The notes: generated by a model from the letters alone, not told the origin. Positions 30,331 to 43,205 are shown, counted from the first letter of the stretch. The stretch: DNA of 64,000 bases from Eledone cirrhosa (GCA_964016885.1 OZ024743.1:1-64000); one strand, 5' to 3'. Translations and numbers: made by a program.

Positions 30331-30849
30331 ACCGAAAAGTTTGGAGATATAAATATAAACACTTATCTTTACGAAGTTTGGAGACACAGATACAAACACT
30401 TATCCCGTATGAAGTTTTCATAACAATATATATATATATATATAAGCACAAAACGTGTTTGCATTGTAACAGACAAAGTTAGCCATTAATGAAATAAACT
30501 AATTAAAGTGAATACAATTTGTCTGTCTCGATATAAGTCAATAAAGACAAGCTTATATTGGCAAAGGCCATGGTTCCTGGACAAATTTAAATTTCAAAAT
30601 CCAAACCTGCTCCGTAGATGAATTTGAACCTCGAAACCTAAATACGTTTCGCAATGGTGGTACGTGAATTGAAAAATAAAGAGAATTGAAATAAAAAGTG
30701 AAATATCCAAATCTTCTGTGCTTATCAACAGGAACCCAGTAAAATTAGTAAACTGCTTGGAAATGCCCCTTTTCTTGGAGATTATTGTAAACGACTGAGA
30801 GTTTATTCTCAAAATATAATATAGTATATATATATATATATATATATAT

Positions 30850-31471
30850 ACGGGATAACAAGTTTCACTCAACAAGATGTTTCCATAGTTAGGCAGCGAG
30901 TTCACGGTAATTCCTATGTAGGTTATAGTTGGAGTAACAATAGTGAAAGATTGAAGAGTAACATGGTCCGCTGTACAACAAGGCTTTATTTCAGGTAGTA
31001 ACACTTGTTTCATTGATCAGGTGAGACTCCCTGAAACCACATCAACCCCATTAAGACAAGACAATCAGCAAAACATTTACCATATACACTTGTCAAAAAC
31101 CACCCTTAACCCTTGGGTCTCATACTAGTATCTCCCACTTAATTTCTAATTTATTGCTTTTTCTTTTATCTGTCATTTGTTATATACCTCACATTCTCTA
31201 CACATATCTATGTATGTTTTGAATATGGCTTTTTCTGTTAGCACTACATCCACCATAGCATCCTTATACAGACACTTACTCACCACCACCACTATCATAT
31301 TCTGTACTTATATGCTCTCACTTATCTTTATTTCTTTATATATTTTTATTATTTTTCCATTTTCTTACCTTTTTATTGTATTTTTTTTCTTACTTTTTAC
31401 TTTTTACATCTGTAATTTCTTTACCTATTTATCATATATTTTATTATTGCTGTTATTGTTTTAATTCTATG

Positions 31472-31528
<57 letters not shown>

Positions 31529-31715
31529 GTCATATATGAATTATTTGTATTCTGAGGATTTGACCAGAGGTAAATAATGTATTTGAGATCGAGTGACGCA
31601 ACTTGGAGTGATTAGCGACCTCTAGACTCACCTGATGAATGAATCAATTGTTAATACCTGAAATAAAGCCCCTTGTTGTACAGCCGACCATGTTACACTT
31701 CAATCTTTCACTATA
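30850..31715. mobile_element. PLE-like inverted pseudo-LTR remnant
   Basis: 30940-31030 is inverted at 31625-31715; related to 56400-56540; degenerate hammerhead at 31547-31657. Confidence 0.65.
31547..31657 (+). ncRNA. Degenerate type I hammerhead with long stem II
   Basis: GTATT-CTGAGGA...(agaggt/acctct)...GAAT-CAATTG-TT-AATAC; GAAA is mutated to GAAT. Confidence 0.55.
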
Positions 31716-31724
31716 TATATATAT

Positions 31725-32884
31725 CATCATCATCATCATCGTTTAACGTCCGTGTTCCACGCTTGCATGGGTTTGGACGGGGGTTTTCCCACTTGAGGCA
31801 AGAGTGATTGTCTTGCTCGCATAGGACTGTCTGGCGGGTTTTCTACAGCTGGATGCCCTTCCTAACACCAACCACATTTACAGTGTGGGGCTGGCAGGTT
31901 TCTACCGTGTTGCCTACACGGCCACATTACAGCGTGGACTGCGTGTTTTTTTGTCGTGACACCTACACGATCTCATTTGTTTTGGCCTGGATGTTGTGGC
32001 ACCAACATAACTTTACATTGAAAGGGGCGGTGTGGATGGGTGGGGGTGGTGGGACGGGGGTGTATTTTGTTAGAGATGCCTACCGACTGTAGTAGGTTTT
32101 ACTTTGTATTTAGGTAAGGCGGGTCTTCTCTATTTCTGAGTACCGCCAAAGGTCTCGGTCCAGTGACATTGTCTTGGAGAGGTGTAAGTGTGTGAGGTCG
32201 TAATTTATCAGCTCGTCCCAGGTTTTTCTGGGTCTGCCTACTCCGTAGCTACCGTCTATCTTTATTGCCCTGCACTTTGTTATACAGCTGTCGTCTTTCA
32301 TGCGCATCACGTGACCATACCAACGTAGCCTTCTCTCGAGTAAACAACATCTGATCCCTCTTATTTCTAATTTTTTCCTTAGTTCGCTTATGCTTTGCCG
32401 TTCACGTGTGTTACTATTACACATCCAGCGGAGCATGCAAGCTTCGTTCCTCTCTAGTCTGCGTATATCCTCTGCACACAATGCCCAGGTCTCACTGCCA
32501 TGCAACATTGCTGTTCGTATGCAGGCATCATACAACCTGCCTTTCATTTTTAGGGAGAACCCTTTAGTGGCTAATAGTGGTATAAGCTCTCTGAACTTTT
32601 TCCATCCAGTTCTGACTCTAGCTACTGTACTTTCAGAGCACCCTCCCCCACTGCTGATTTTGTCACCCAGGTAACGAAAGCTATCCACTATTTCTATAGA
32701 ACCCCTTGCGCAATTGAAAGAGCTAGTATTTTGTGGGCATTTGCTGCTACTTATTGCACCAGAGCACCGGCCACATGTAAAATCTATGTTCTTAGTTAGC
32801 TTACCTGTGATCCCACTACATCTTTTATGCACCCATACTTTGCATTTCATCTAGATCAATTCTCTCTCTGATTAGTTGCGCTAT
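31725..32884 (-). mobile_element. RTE LINE subfamily A 3' part
   Basis: ORF 32110-32850, internal deletion at tgcattt (~32845), 3'UTR, tail. Confidence 0.95.
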
Positions 32885-32908
32885 AACTTATATATATATA
32901 TATATATA

Positions 32909-33829
32909 TCATAATCTATAAAGCTCAGTGTGTGGTCATGCTCCTTCGTTATAGAAATCTACGATATAGAATTTCTTCAATTGAAATTTACAATTCAGTA
33001 TTCGAAATAGTTTCGATTGCGTCTTGGCACAGATAATTTTTTCAATTTCACCCACAATTACGCAAAAAATAGATAAAACTCAATATTTTACGATTTTTCT
33101 CTCTCATTTAAACTGCTGAACTCTTTCTACTACCATTCAAAATCTATACAACTTCATACTTTCTGCTACTTTCTCTTTCCAAGCTTGATGGTGATACTGT
33201 CCGTTCACACCACTCCCTACTGTCTTAAATTTAGAAAATACATATCCTCTATGAGGTTACTAAACCTGCTAGAAACAGCAGCTAACTCTCCCCCATATCA
33301 CATCCCTCCCCACACCACTCCCTACTGTCTTAAATTTAGGAAACACATATACTCTATGAGGTTACTAAACCTGCTAGAAACAGCAGCTAACTCTCCCCCA
33401 TATCACATCCCTCCCCACACCACTCCCTACTGTCTTAAATTTAGAAAACACATATCCTCTATGAGGTCACTAAACCTGCTAGAAACAACAGCTAACTCCC
33501 TCATATCACAACCCTCCCTACTGTCTTAAATTTAGAAAACACACAGACAACCATGCAGAACAACTCCATCGCATCTCAGTTGTTCGGCTGGCATCGTCTA
33601 CGCGCATGTTGCGCAAGTACTGTGAAACAATAAATTTCAACACTTTTTTGCACAGAGATAATATCCATAGGCGAAACTACAATTGTCACTGCTGGTGCAG
33701 CTCCTGCTTCCAGGTCTGCAATTCATTCACCCAGTGCCTGGCAGACAAAAAGGTGCTGCCATAAAATGGGTGGTGCAACCTAACTTTGGTAACTTAATGA
33801 CCCCGAGCAACGCTGGGCTTTAATGCTAG
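32909..33829 (+). mobile_element. Non-autonomous Helitron
   Basis: A|TC start; 3' hairpin cccgagcaacgctggg followed by CTAG|T at 33826-33830. Confidence 0.8.
33206..33545 (+). repeat. 105-bp minisatellite (~3.2 copies) inside the Helitron
   Basis: cacaccactccctactgtcttaaattt at 33206, 33311 and 33416. Confidence 0.95.
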
Positions 33830-34024
33830 TATATATATATATATAAATATATAAATATACTTATATATATGTATATATATGTACGTCCACTTAAAAATAT
33901 GTCTGTGTGTGTGTATGTGTATGTATGTATATATGTGTGTGTGTGATATATATGTCTATGTGTATCTATACATATGTGGGTGTCTGTAACATATATACAC
34001 TGGTCACAGACACACACACACATA

Positions 34025-34262
34025 TATAAAGCTTCACGGCACAGGCATTGCTTTATATCTGGAGATCTCTCTGCACTTGTCATCACATGTACCATGGGCC
34101 CAGCACTATATGTCAATAATTGTCACAAGTGTAGTGTTTGTACCAGAGTTTTCAAGTCAATGGCTGGACTAAAAAGTCACGCTTGTAGGGGTTCTGTAGG
34201 GGTTCTCCTACATGGATATAAAGTAGTGGCCGTACTCGAAAACGAGTTGGCAGCCACCACCA
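34025..34262 (+). mobile_element. 3' end of a BovB-like RTE derivative
   Basis: [19 protein letters not shown]2H2 finger remnant; same sequence in 38452-39680. Confidence 0.75.
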
Positions 34263-34392
34263 TATATATATGTGTATGTATGTATATATGTATGTATGTA
34301 TATATATATATGTATATGTATGTATATGTATATATGTATGTATGTATATATATGTAAATATGTATGTATATGTATGTGTATATATGTATGTG

Positions 34393-34442
<50 letters not shown>

Positions 34443-34856
34443 TATGTATATATATGTATGTATATATATATGTATATATATGTATGTATGTATATATATG
34501 TATGTATGTATATATGTATGTATGTATATATGTATGTATATATGTATATGTATGTATGTATATATGTATGTATATATATATATGTATATATGTATGTATG
34601 TATATATATGTATGTATGTATATGTATGTATGTATATGTATGTATGTATATGTATGTATATGTATGTATGTATATGTATGTATGTATATATATATGTATA
34701 TGTGTATGTTTATATATATATGTATATATATATATATATGTATGTGTATGTTTATATATATATGTATGTATATATATATATGTATGTATATGTATATATA
34801 TATGTATATACATATATGTATATATATATATGTATATACATATATGTATATATATA
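34262..34856. repeat. (TA)n/(TATG) microsatellite
   Basis: Direct reading. Confidence 0.98.
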
Positions 34857-37202
34857 AAACCGTGATATTGTCGGGGAGAAGTGTGTGCGTAACGATGATG
34901 GCATACTTGCCATCACCGACGCTGATAAGAAGGTAGCTTGGAAGTGTCACTACGAAAGGCTTCTAAATGAGGAGAACAAATGGGAGAAAGACAGTCTCCC
35001 CCACATCGACCCAATAGAGGGACCAGCAGTGTTAGTCCAGGGTAGTACAATAAGCAAGGCAATCAAAGATATGAAGACGGGTAAGGCGGCTGGTCCTTCG
35101 GAAATAGTTGCTGAGATGCTGAAGGCATCTGGTTCGGTGGGACACACCATGGTCACCCGGATAGTTAACCAAGTCGTACAAAATGGGGTTGTTCCGAAGG
35201 ACTGGCGTAGCAGCATCATCGTTAACTGCTATAAGGGAAAAGGAGATGCCCTAGATAGGAGTAACTATAGAGGCATTAAATTAATCGACCAGGTCATGAA
35301 GGTCACGGAAAAAGTAATAGCGCAACTAATCAGAGAGAGAATTGATCTAGATGAAATGCAGTTCGGGTTTGTGTCAGGCAAAAGTACCACAGACGCTCTT
35401 TTCATTGTACGACAACTACAGGAGAAGTACCTAGCTAAAAGTAAACCCCTATACTTAGCTTTCGTCGACTTGGAGAAAGCCTTCGACAGAGTCCCCCGTT
35501 CCATTATCTGGTGGTCTCTTAGAAAACTAGGTGTTGACGAATGGCTTGTGAGAGCTATACAAGCCATGTATAAAGAAACAGTCAGTAAGGTTAGAATTAA
35601 CAACGAATATAGTGAAGAGTTTAGCGTAAAAGTTGGTGTCCATCAGGGCTCTGTTCTTAGCCCCCTACTATTTATTATTGCCCTTCAGGCTATAACAGAG
35701 GAGTTCAAGACCGGCTGCCCATGGGAACTCCTATACGCAGATGATCTAACGCTCATAGCTGAATCAATGACCGAACTAGAGAAGAAATTCCAAACATGGA
35801 AGCACGGCCTAGAATCAAAAGGACTTAAAATTAACCTGGCTAAGACAAAAGTTCTAGTTTGTAGGAAAGAAAATATGGCGGCAGTCCCATCTGGGAAATG
35901 GCCATGCTCAGTGTGTAGGAAAGGCGTAGGTAGAAACTCCATTTTATGTCCCAAATGCAAAGTATGGGTGCATAAAAGATGTAGTGGGATCACAGGTAAG
36001 CTAACTAAGAACATAGATTTTACATGTGGCCGGTGCTCTGGTGCAATAAGTAGCAGCAAGCGCCCACAAAATACTAGCTCCTTCAACTGCGCAGAGGGTT
36101 CTATAGAAATAGTGGACAGCTTCCGTTACCTGGGTGACAAAATCAGCAGTGGGGGAGGGTGCTCTGAAAGTACAGTAGCTAGAGTCAGAACTGGATGGAA
36201 AAAGTTCAGAGAGCTTATACCACTATTAGCCGCTAGAGGGTTCTCCCTAAAAATGAAAGGCAGGTTATACGATGCCTGCATACGAACAGCAATGCTGCAT
36301 GGCAGTGAGACCTGGGCATTGTGTGCAGAGGATATACGCAGACTAGAGAGGAACGAAGCTTGCATGCTCCGCTGGATGTGCAATAGTAATATACGTGAAC
36401 GGCAAAGCATAAACGAACTAAAGAAAAAATTAGAAATAAGAGGGATCAGATGTTGTTTACTCGAGAGAAGGCTACGTTGGTACGGTCACGTGATGGGCAT
36501 GAAAGACGACAGCTGTATAACAAAGTGCAGGGCAATAAAGATAGACGGTAGCCACGGAGTAGGCAGACCCAGAAAAACATGGGACGAGCTGATAAATTCC
36601 GACCTCACACGCTTACACCTCTCCAAGACAATGTCACTGGACCGAGACCTTTGGCGGTACTCAGTAATAGAGAAGACCCGCCTTACCTAAATACAAAGTA
36701 AAAACCTACTACAGTCAGTAGGCATCTCTATCAAACCCCCCCCCCCCCGTCCCACCACCTCCACCCCATCCACACCGCCCCTTTCAATGTACAGTTATGT
36801 TGGTCCCACAACATCCAGGCCGAAACAAATGAGATCGTGTAGGTGTCACGACAAAAAAACACACAGTCCACGCTGTAAATGTGGCCGTGTAGGTAACACG
36901 GTAAAAACCTCCCAGCCCCACACTGTAAATGTGGTTGGTGTTAGGAAGGGCATCCAGCTGTAGAAAACCCGCCAGACAGTCCACGCTGTAATGTGGCCGT
37001 GTAGGCAACACGGTAAAAACCTCCCAGCCCCACACTGTAAATCTGGTTGGTGTTAGGAAGGGCATCCAACTATAGAAAACCCGCCAGACAGTCCTATGCG
37101 AGCAAGACAACCACTCTTGCCTCAAGTGGGAAAACCCCCGTCCAAACCCATGCAAGCGTGGAACACGGACGCTAAACCTGATGATGATGATGATGATGAT
37201 GA
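34857..37202 (+). mobile_element. Young 5'-truncated RTE LINE subfamily A
   Basis: Open frame from 34857 to the stop at 36690, 3'UTR with duplicated module, (GAT)n tail. Confidence 0.97.
34885..36690 (+). CDS. RTE reverse transcriptase with inserted PHD finger (uninterrupted 601 aa, APE missing)
   Basis: [34 protein letters not shown]4HC3 CSVC..ILCPKC..WVHKRC..FTCGRC, FRYLG. Confidence 0.9.
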   Translation: MRNDDGILAITDADKKVAWKCHYERLLNEENKWEKDSLPHIDPIEGPAVLVQGSTISKAIKDMKTGKAAGPSEIVAEMLKASGSVGHTMVTRIVNQVVQNGVVPKDWRSSIIVNCYKGKGDALDRSNYRGIKLIDQVMKVTEKVIAQLIRERIDLDEMQFGFVSGKSTTDALFIVRQLQEKYLAKSKPLYLAFVDLEKAFDRVPRSIIWWSLRKLGVDEWLVRAIQAMYKETVSKVRINNEYSEEFSVKVGVHQGSVLSPLLFIIALQAITEEFKTGCPWELLYADDLTLIAESMTELEKKFQTWKHGLESKGLKINLAKTKVLVCRKENMAAVPSGKWPCSVCRKGVGRNSILCPKCKVWVHKRCSGITGKLTKNIDFTCGRCSGAISSSKRPQNTSSFNCAEGSIEIVDSFRYLGDKISSGGGCSESTVARVRTGWKKFRELIPLLAARGFSLKMKGRLYDACIRTAMLHGSETWALCAEDIRRLERNEACMLRWMCNSNIRERQSINELKKKLEIRGIRCCLLERRLRWYGHVMGMKDDSCITKCRAIKIDGSHGVGRPRKTWDELINSDLTRLHLSKTMSLDRDLWRYSVIEKTRLT

Positions 37203-37346
37203 TATATATGTATGTATATGTATATATATATGTATATATATATATATGTATGTATATGTATATATGTATGTATGTATATGTATATATGTATGTATGTATA
37301 TATGTATGTATGTATGTATATATATATGTATGTATATATATATATG

Positions 37347-37403
<57 letters not shown>

Positions 37404-37578
37404 GTGTATGCATATATATGTATGTATATGTATATATATATATGTGTATGTATATGTATATATATATGTATATGTATATATGTATGTATGTACATATATA
37501 TGTGTATGTATATGTGTATATATATATGTATGTGTGTATATATGTGTATATATGTATGTATATATATATATATGTATG

Positions 37579-37626
<48 letters not shown>

Positions 37627-37850
37627 TGTATGTATATATGTATGTATATATGTATGTATGTATGTATGTATATATGTAGGTATATGTATGTGTATGTATG
37701 TATATATATGTATATATATATGTATATGTGTATGTATATGTGTATGTATGTGTGTATGTATATATATATATATGTATATATGTCTATATATGTATGTGTG
37801 TCTGTATATATATGTATATGTATGTGTGTATGTATGTGTATATGTGTATG

Positions 37851-37882
<32 letters not shown>

Positions 37883-38136
37883 TATGTATGTATGTATGTG
37901 TATATGCGTATGTATATATATATGTATATATGTATGTATATGTATGTATATATGTATTTATGTATGTGTATGTATATATATTGATATGTATATGTATGTA
38001 TATATGTATTTATGTATGTGTATGTATATATATTGATATGTATATATGTATGTATATATATATATATGTATATATGTATGTATGTATATATATATATGTT
38101 TATATATATATGTATATATATGTATGTGTATATATG

Positions 38137-38167
<31 letters not shown>

Positions 38168-38450
38168 ATGTATATATATATATATATGTATGTATATGTA
38201 TATGTGTGTATGTGTGTATGTATATATATGTATATATATATATGTGTGTATATATGTATGTGTATATATGTATGTATATATATATATATATGTATATATA
38301 TGTATGTATGTATATATATGTATATGTATGTATATATGTATGTATGTATGTGCATATGTATATATGTATGTATGTATATATATATGTATATATGCGTATG
38401 TGTATATATGTATGTATGTATATATAAATGTATATATATGTATATATGTG
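37203..38450. repeat. (TA)n/(TATG)/(TG) microsatellite
   Basis: Direct reading. Confidence 0.98.
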
Positions 38451-38451
38451 T

Positions 38452-39680
38452 CAGGTCACCAGTTGGTCCTACTGGTAACATGTATCCCAGTACAACCTGT
38501 CTCATGGTCGGGTCGTTGGTGACTAAACTGGCAACCCCACCAAGGTTTCTTAGTGAGGAGGGTGACTTTGGACATCCTGCAGGACTAAAAACAAAACCTG
38601 TCAAAGGGCAAAGGAGCTCTTAAGAGTCAATGGCCATCCAAAATCACTGGGAGAGATGACCCCTTAGCCTTTGTCAAGGCAGAATTCTAGGAGAAGGAAA
38701 ACTCTGATATAACACCTGCAACCCTGATGGTATCCAATGATGTATGTATGTATGTATGAATGTATGTTGACTTGTTCTTCTTTTTGGTAAATATCATCTT
38801 GGTTAAGAGAGTGGGACTGGCTTTGTGCAGTGCCTTTGCTCACTATAAAAGCTTCACGGCACAGGCATTGCTTTATATCTGGAGATCTCTCTGCACTTGT
38901 CACATGGTACCATGGACCCAGCACTATGTGTCAATAATTGTCACAAGTGTAGTGTTTGTACCAGAGTTTTCAAGTCGTTGGCTGGACTAAAAAGTCACAC
39001 TTGTTCAGTGCATCGATAAGGGTTCTCCTACATGGATATAAAGTAGTGGCCGTACTCGAAAACGAGTTGGCAGCCATCATATATATGTATATATATGTGT
39101 ATATGTGTATGTGTATATATATGTATATATATATCGGGTTGTTGGCGACTAAACTGGCAACACCACCAAGGTTTCTTTGTGAGGAGGGTGACTTTGGACA
39201 TCCTACAGGACTATAAACAAAACCTGTCAAAGAGCAAAGGAGCTCTTAAGAGTTAATGGCCATCCAAAATCACCGGGAGAGATGACCTCTTAGTCTTTGT
39301 CAAAGCAGAATTCTAGAAGGAAAACTCTGATATAACACCTGCAACTCTGATGGTATCCAATGATGTTGACATGTTCTTTTTGGTAAATATCATCTTGGTT
39401 AAGAGAGTGGGACTGGCTTTGTGCAGTGCCTTTGCTCACTATAAAAGCTTCACGGCACAGGCATTGCTTTATATCTGGAGATCTCTCTGCACTTGTCATC
39501 ACATGGTACCATGGGCCCAGCACTATGTGTCAATAATTGTCACAAGTGTAGTGTTTGTACCAGAGTTTTCAAGTCGCTGGCTGGACTAAAAAGTCACACT
39601 CGTTCAGTGCATCGGTAGGAGTTATCCTACATGGATATAAAGTAGTGGCCGTACTCGAAAACGAGTTGGCAGCCACCATA
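38452..39680 (+). mobile_element. Two tandem copies of a ~600-bp bipartite non-autonomous RTE derivative
   Basis: 38508-39080 repeats at 39134-39680; UTR-like ggagaaggaaaactctga fused to a CxxC..GLKSH remnant and the gtactcgaaaacgagttggcagcc end. Confidence 0.7.
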
Positions 39681-40375
39681 TGTATATATACCATATGTAT
39701 AGACCACCCGTGACCCGCTGGGTCACGTTCACATAAAAATATGTCTGTGTATGTGTGTGTATGTATATATGTGCGTGTGTGATATATATGTCTATGTGTA
39801 TCTATACATATGTGGGTGTCTGTAACCTATATACACTGGTCTCAGACACACACACACACACACACATATATATACACACACATATGTATATATATATCTA
39901 CACACACATTTAGAAACCCTTCCTATTTAGCAGGAAATATCCACTACATACATCCTGTCATAACACAAGTTATATGTTATATATGACTTAACATTGTCAC
40001 CAAATTTGAGCTAGATTCAGTAATGCTGTATTCGATTCTTTGACGTCACCTGTTATAATTTCATTCAACAAGACCACCAGCTTTCTCTCTCTATGTCTCT
40101 CTTTCAATATACTCTCTCACAACCACTATCTCTTTCTCTTTCTATTTATGAAAGTCCCCGGAAAAACCCTGTATCTCAGGAACCTGTGCTCCGATTTACG
40201 CAAAACTTGTTTTATTCCATTTGCATTCCCATTTCAGGAGCAACTTCCTTTCAAAGTATTTTCCTATTATGTGCTGTTTTGGCTGTATTAAATTACAGAC
40301 AAGCACACAATCACAGAGTTTTAGTAGTATATATATATCACCATCACTGTTTTACGTCCCTTCTTCCATGCTAGC

Positions 40376-40427
<52 letters not shown>

Positions 40428-40466
40428 CATTAAACATATATATATATATATAAGGGTCCACGTTTG

Positions 40467-40505
<39 letters not shown>

Positions 40506-40734
40506 TATTTTGTGTGACCTGTTTAGCTTGACTTGTTTTTGGGGTTAGGTGGTTAATGGCTTCTTGACTGCCTTCTCAGTTTGTATGGCCTTTATAACCT
40601 ATGTTTATTGCTCTGGTCTTTTTAGCCCATGGAGCGCTTGCCAGCATGACTCTGAATTTGCGTTATGTTTCGCTTTTTCTACCCGCCAAAATGCGATTCT
40701 CGCTGAATTTATATTTGTATATATGTATATGTAT

Positions 40735-41076
40735 GGAGGCACATGGCTTAGTGGTTAGAGCACTGGCCTTGCAATCGAAAGGTTGTGAGTTCAATTCTCA
40801 GACCGGGTGATGTGTTGTTTCCTTGAGCAAGACACTTTATTTCACATTGCTCCAGTTTACTCAGCTGTAGAAATGAGATGATAGGAACTGGGGTCCCTAT
40901 CATTCCACTGTAAAGTGGTCGTGGAGGTGCCACGGCAAAAAAGCACCCAGCACTCACTGTAAATGAGGTTGGTGTTAGGAAGGGCATCCAGCTGTAGAAA
41001 TCAAGCCAGCATCAGTTCCCGTCCCACCCTTGCAAGCAGGGAAAAGCGGACGTAAAATGATGATGATGATGATGAT
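40735..41076 (+). mobile_element. tRNA-CORE SINE, complete
   Basis: tRNA-like head with A/B boxes, CORE, RTE UTR module, RTE-B tail, (GAT)n. Confidence 0.92.
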
Positions 41077-41266
41077 ATATATCAAAAGTAAGTGTACAAA
41101 CCAATCAAGGAGAGATAGGAAATTAGTTGTGAGAATTATAAGCCAGTAGTGAAGAGGACAGTGTGCTCAATGTGTTTTAAGCGCAAGTCAAGCGAACATT
41201 GAAAGTAAGCTAGAGACTTATATGTCATGCAAAAAGTGTATAGGCAGAGCTTTAATATAAAAATTA

Positions 41267-42247
41267 CTAGCAGTAAAGCCCGGCGTTGCTCGGGGTCGCT
41301 CAGTAGCTGTGTTAAAGTTACAATGTTAAGTTTCTTTCTTGGCTTAAAAACTGTAGTGTCTACTGTGCAGACTTGCATGTGGTGTTTTTGATTAATATTC
41401 CCTCAACCAACAATATGCCTTATGAAGTTAAGAAAACATAACGATAACCCGAATGTTATAACAAAAGAGGATGCTGGGGATAGAAACTGCACTGGTTATT
41501 TATTAACAAAGATCGAAAATGTAAACACTGCAACGCAGAGAAAAACATTAGCGTAACCAAATTATCAGTTATGTCTGTCTGCACGCCTATATCACCTCTC
41601 TGCACGACTGTCTGTCTGCACGCCTATATCACCTCTCTGCACGACTGTCTGTCTGCACGCCTATATCACCTCTCTGCACGACTGTCTGTCTGCACGCCTA
41701 TATCACCTCTCTGTACGACTGTCTGTCTGCACGCCTATATCACCTCTCTGCACGACTGTCTGTCTGCACGCGTATATCACCTCTCTGCACGACTGTCTGT
41801 CTGCACGACTGTCTGTCTGCATGCCTAACGACGAAATATTTGCTTGTTTTACGTAGTCTTTAAATAGACTTGTTTTCAAGTAAAAATATTGTTTTAAAAT
41901 GCTTTTAAATGGAAATGAAGCAAAACGGAAGCTTAGTGTTCGAACTGATGAATTTTGCAGCAATGTCATTTTAAACGCTGAGAAAGCCAGCGTAATTTTT
42001 TACGTAAGACGCTCAATGTAAACAGAACAAAGGGAAATAACTGATAACTTACGCTCAAAAATCGATACATTATATTCGATTTCGTCACATAGGGTGGGTC
42101 AATTTGAAATTTTTTTTTTCCGATGTCTTCGCTAGGGCTCAATGTACAAGTATAGCAATTTCGGTGCAATTCCGTGAGAGATTCTAAGAGGAGATGTGTG
42201 CCAAAAATCGATAGACAGACAGACAACCACAGTTTTATATATATAGA
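41267..42247 (-). mobile_element. Non-autonomous Helitron
   Basis: Minus strand starts A|TCTATATATATAAAACTGTGG and ends cccgagcaacgccggg ctttactg CTAG|T. Confidence 0.82.
41572..41822 (+). repeat. 37-bp minisatellite (~6 copies plus partials) inside the Helitron
   Basis: Unit tgtctgtctgcacgcctatatcacctctctgcacgac. Confidence 0.95.
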
Positions 42248-42261
42248 TTGTTAAAGAATAC

Positions 42262-42307
42262 AGTACCAAATTCTTGAACAAATATATTTGTTCAAGAATT
42301 TGGTACT
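42262..42307. repeat. Perfect 46-bp spacerless palindrome
   Basis: agtaccaaattcttgaacaaata|tatttgttcaagaatttggtact. Confidence 0.95.
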
Positions 42308-42335
42308 ATATTTGGTACATATATAATATATATAT

Positions 42336-42813
42336 CAAAGTAAAACCTAATACAGCCAGTAGGCATCTCTAACAAATTACCCCCCCCCCCCCACACACAC
42401 ACCCCACCCCATCCACACCGCCCCTTCAATGTAAAGTTATGTTGGTGCCACAATATCCAGGCCGAAACAAATGAGATCGTGTAGACACAGTCCACGCTGT
42501 AATGTGGCCGTGTAGGCAACACGGTAAAAACCTCCCAGCCCCACACTGTAAATGTGGTTGGTGTTAGGAAGGGCATCCAGCTGTAGAAAACCTGCCAGAC
42601 AGTCCACGCTGTAATGTGGCCGTGTAGGCAACACGGTAAAAACCTCCCAGCCCCACACTGTAAATGTGGTTGGTGTTAGGAAGGGCATCCAGCTGTAGAA
42701 AACCCGCCAGATAGTCCTATGCGAGCAAGACAATTCACTCTTGCCTCAAGTGGGAAAACCCCCGTCCAAACCCATGCAAGCGTGGAATACGGACGTTAAA
42801 CGTTGATGATGAT
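42336..42813 (+). mobile_element. RTE subfamily A 3'UTR only, duplicated module
   Basis: Matches 36695-37200. Confidence 0.9.
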
Positions 42814-43183
42814 ATCATCATCATCATTTTATGTCCGCTTTTCCCCACTTGCAAGGGTGGGACGGGAACTGATTCTGGCTTGATTTCTACAGCTGGATGC
42901 CCTTCGTAACACCAACCTCATTTACAGTGAGTGCTGGGTGCTTTTTTTCGGTGGTGCCTACACGTCCACTTTACAGTGTGGGCTGGGTGCCGTGACACCT
43001 CCATGACCACTTTGCAGTGGGATATAGACCCCAGTCCTAGCATCTCATTTCTACAGCTGAGTAAACTGGAGCAATGTGAAATAAAGGGTCTTGCTTAAGG
43101 AAACAACACATCACCCAATCCGAGAATTGAACAGCCTTTCGATTGCAAGCCCAATGCTCTAACCACTAAACCATGTGCTACCA
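42814..43183 (-). mobile_element. tRNA-CORE SINE with two UTR modules
   Basis: Same family; tail-to-tail with the preceding RTE. Confidence 0.88.
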
Positions 43184-43205
43184 TTATATATATATATATA
43201 TATAT

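Noticed and set aside
33185-33529. 35-aa repeat protein
   Set aside because: By-product of a 105-bp minisatellite inside a non-autonomous Helitron.
40549-40758. Hydrophobic ORF as the next SLC22 exon
   Set aside because: The phase required by the 1147 donor hits a stop after five codons and there is no YYGL-type motif.
40735-40810. tRNA gene (loop CTTGCAA)
   Set aside because: No acceptor stem pairing; runs into CORE and RTE tail, so it is a SINE head.
41572-41822. 37-bp repeats as a CRISPR array
   Set aside because: Head-to-tail units with no unique spacers, no cas genes, eukaryotic Helitron context.
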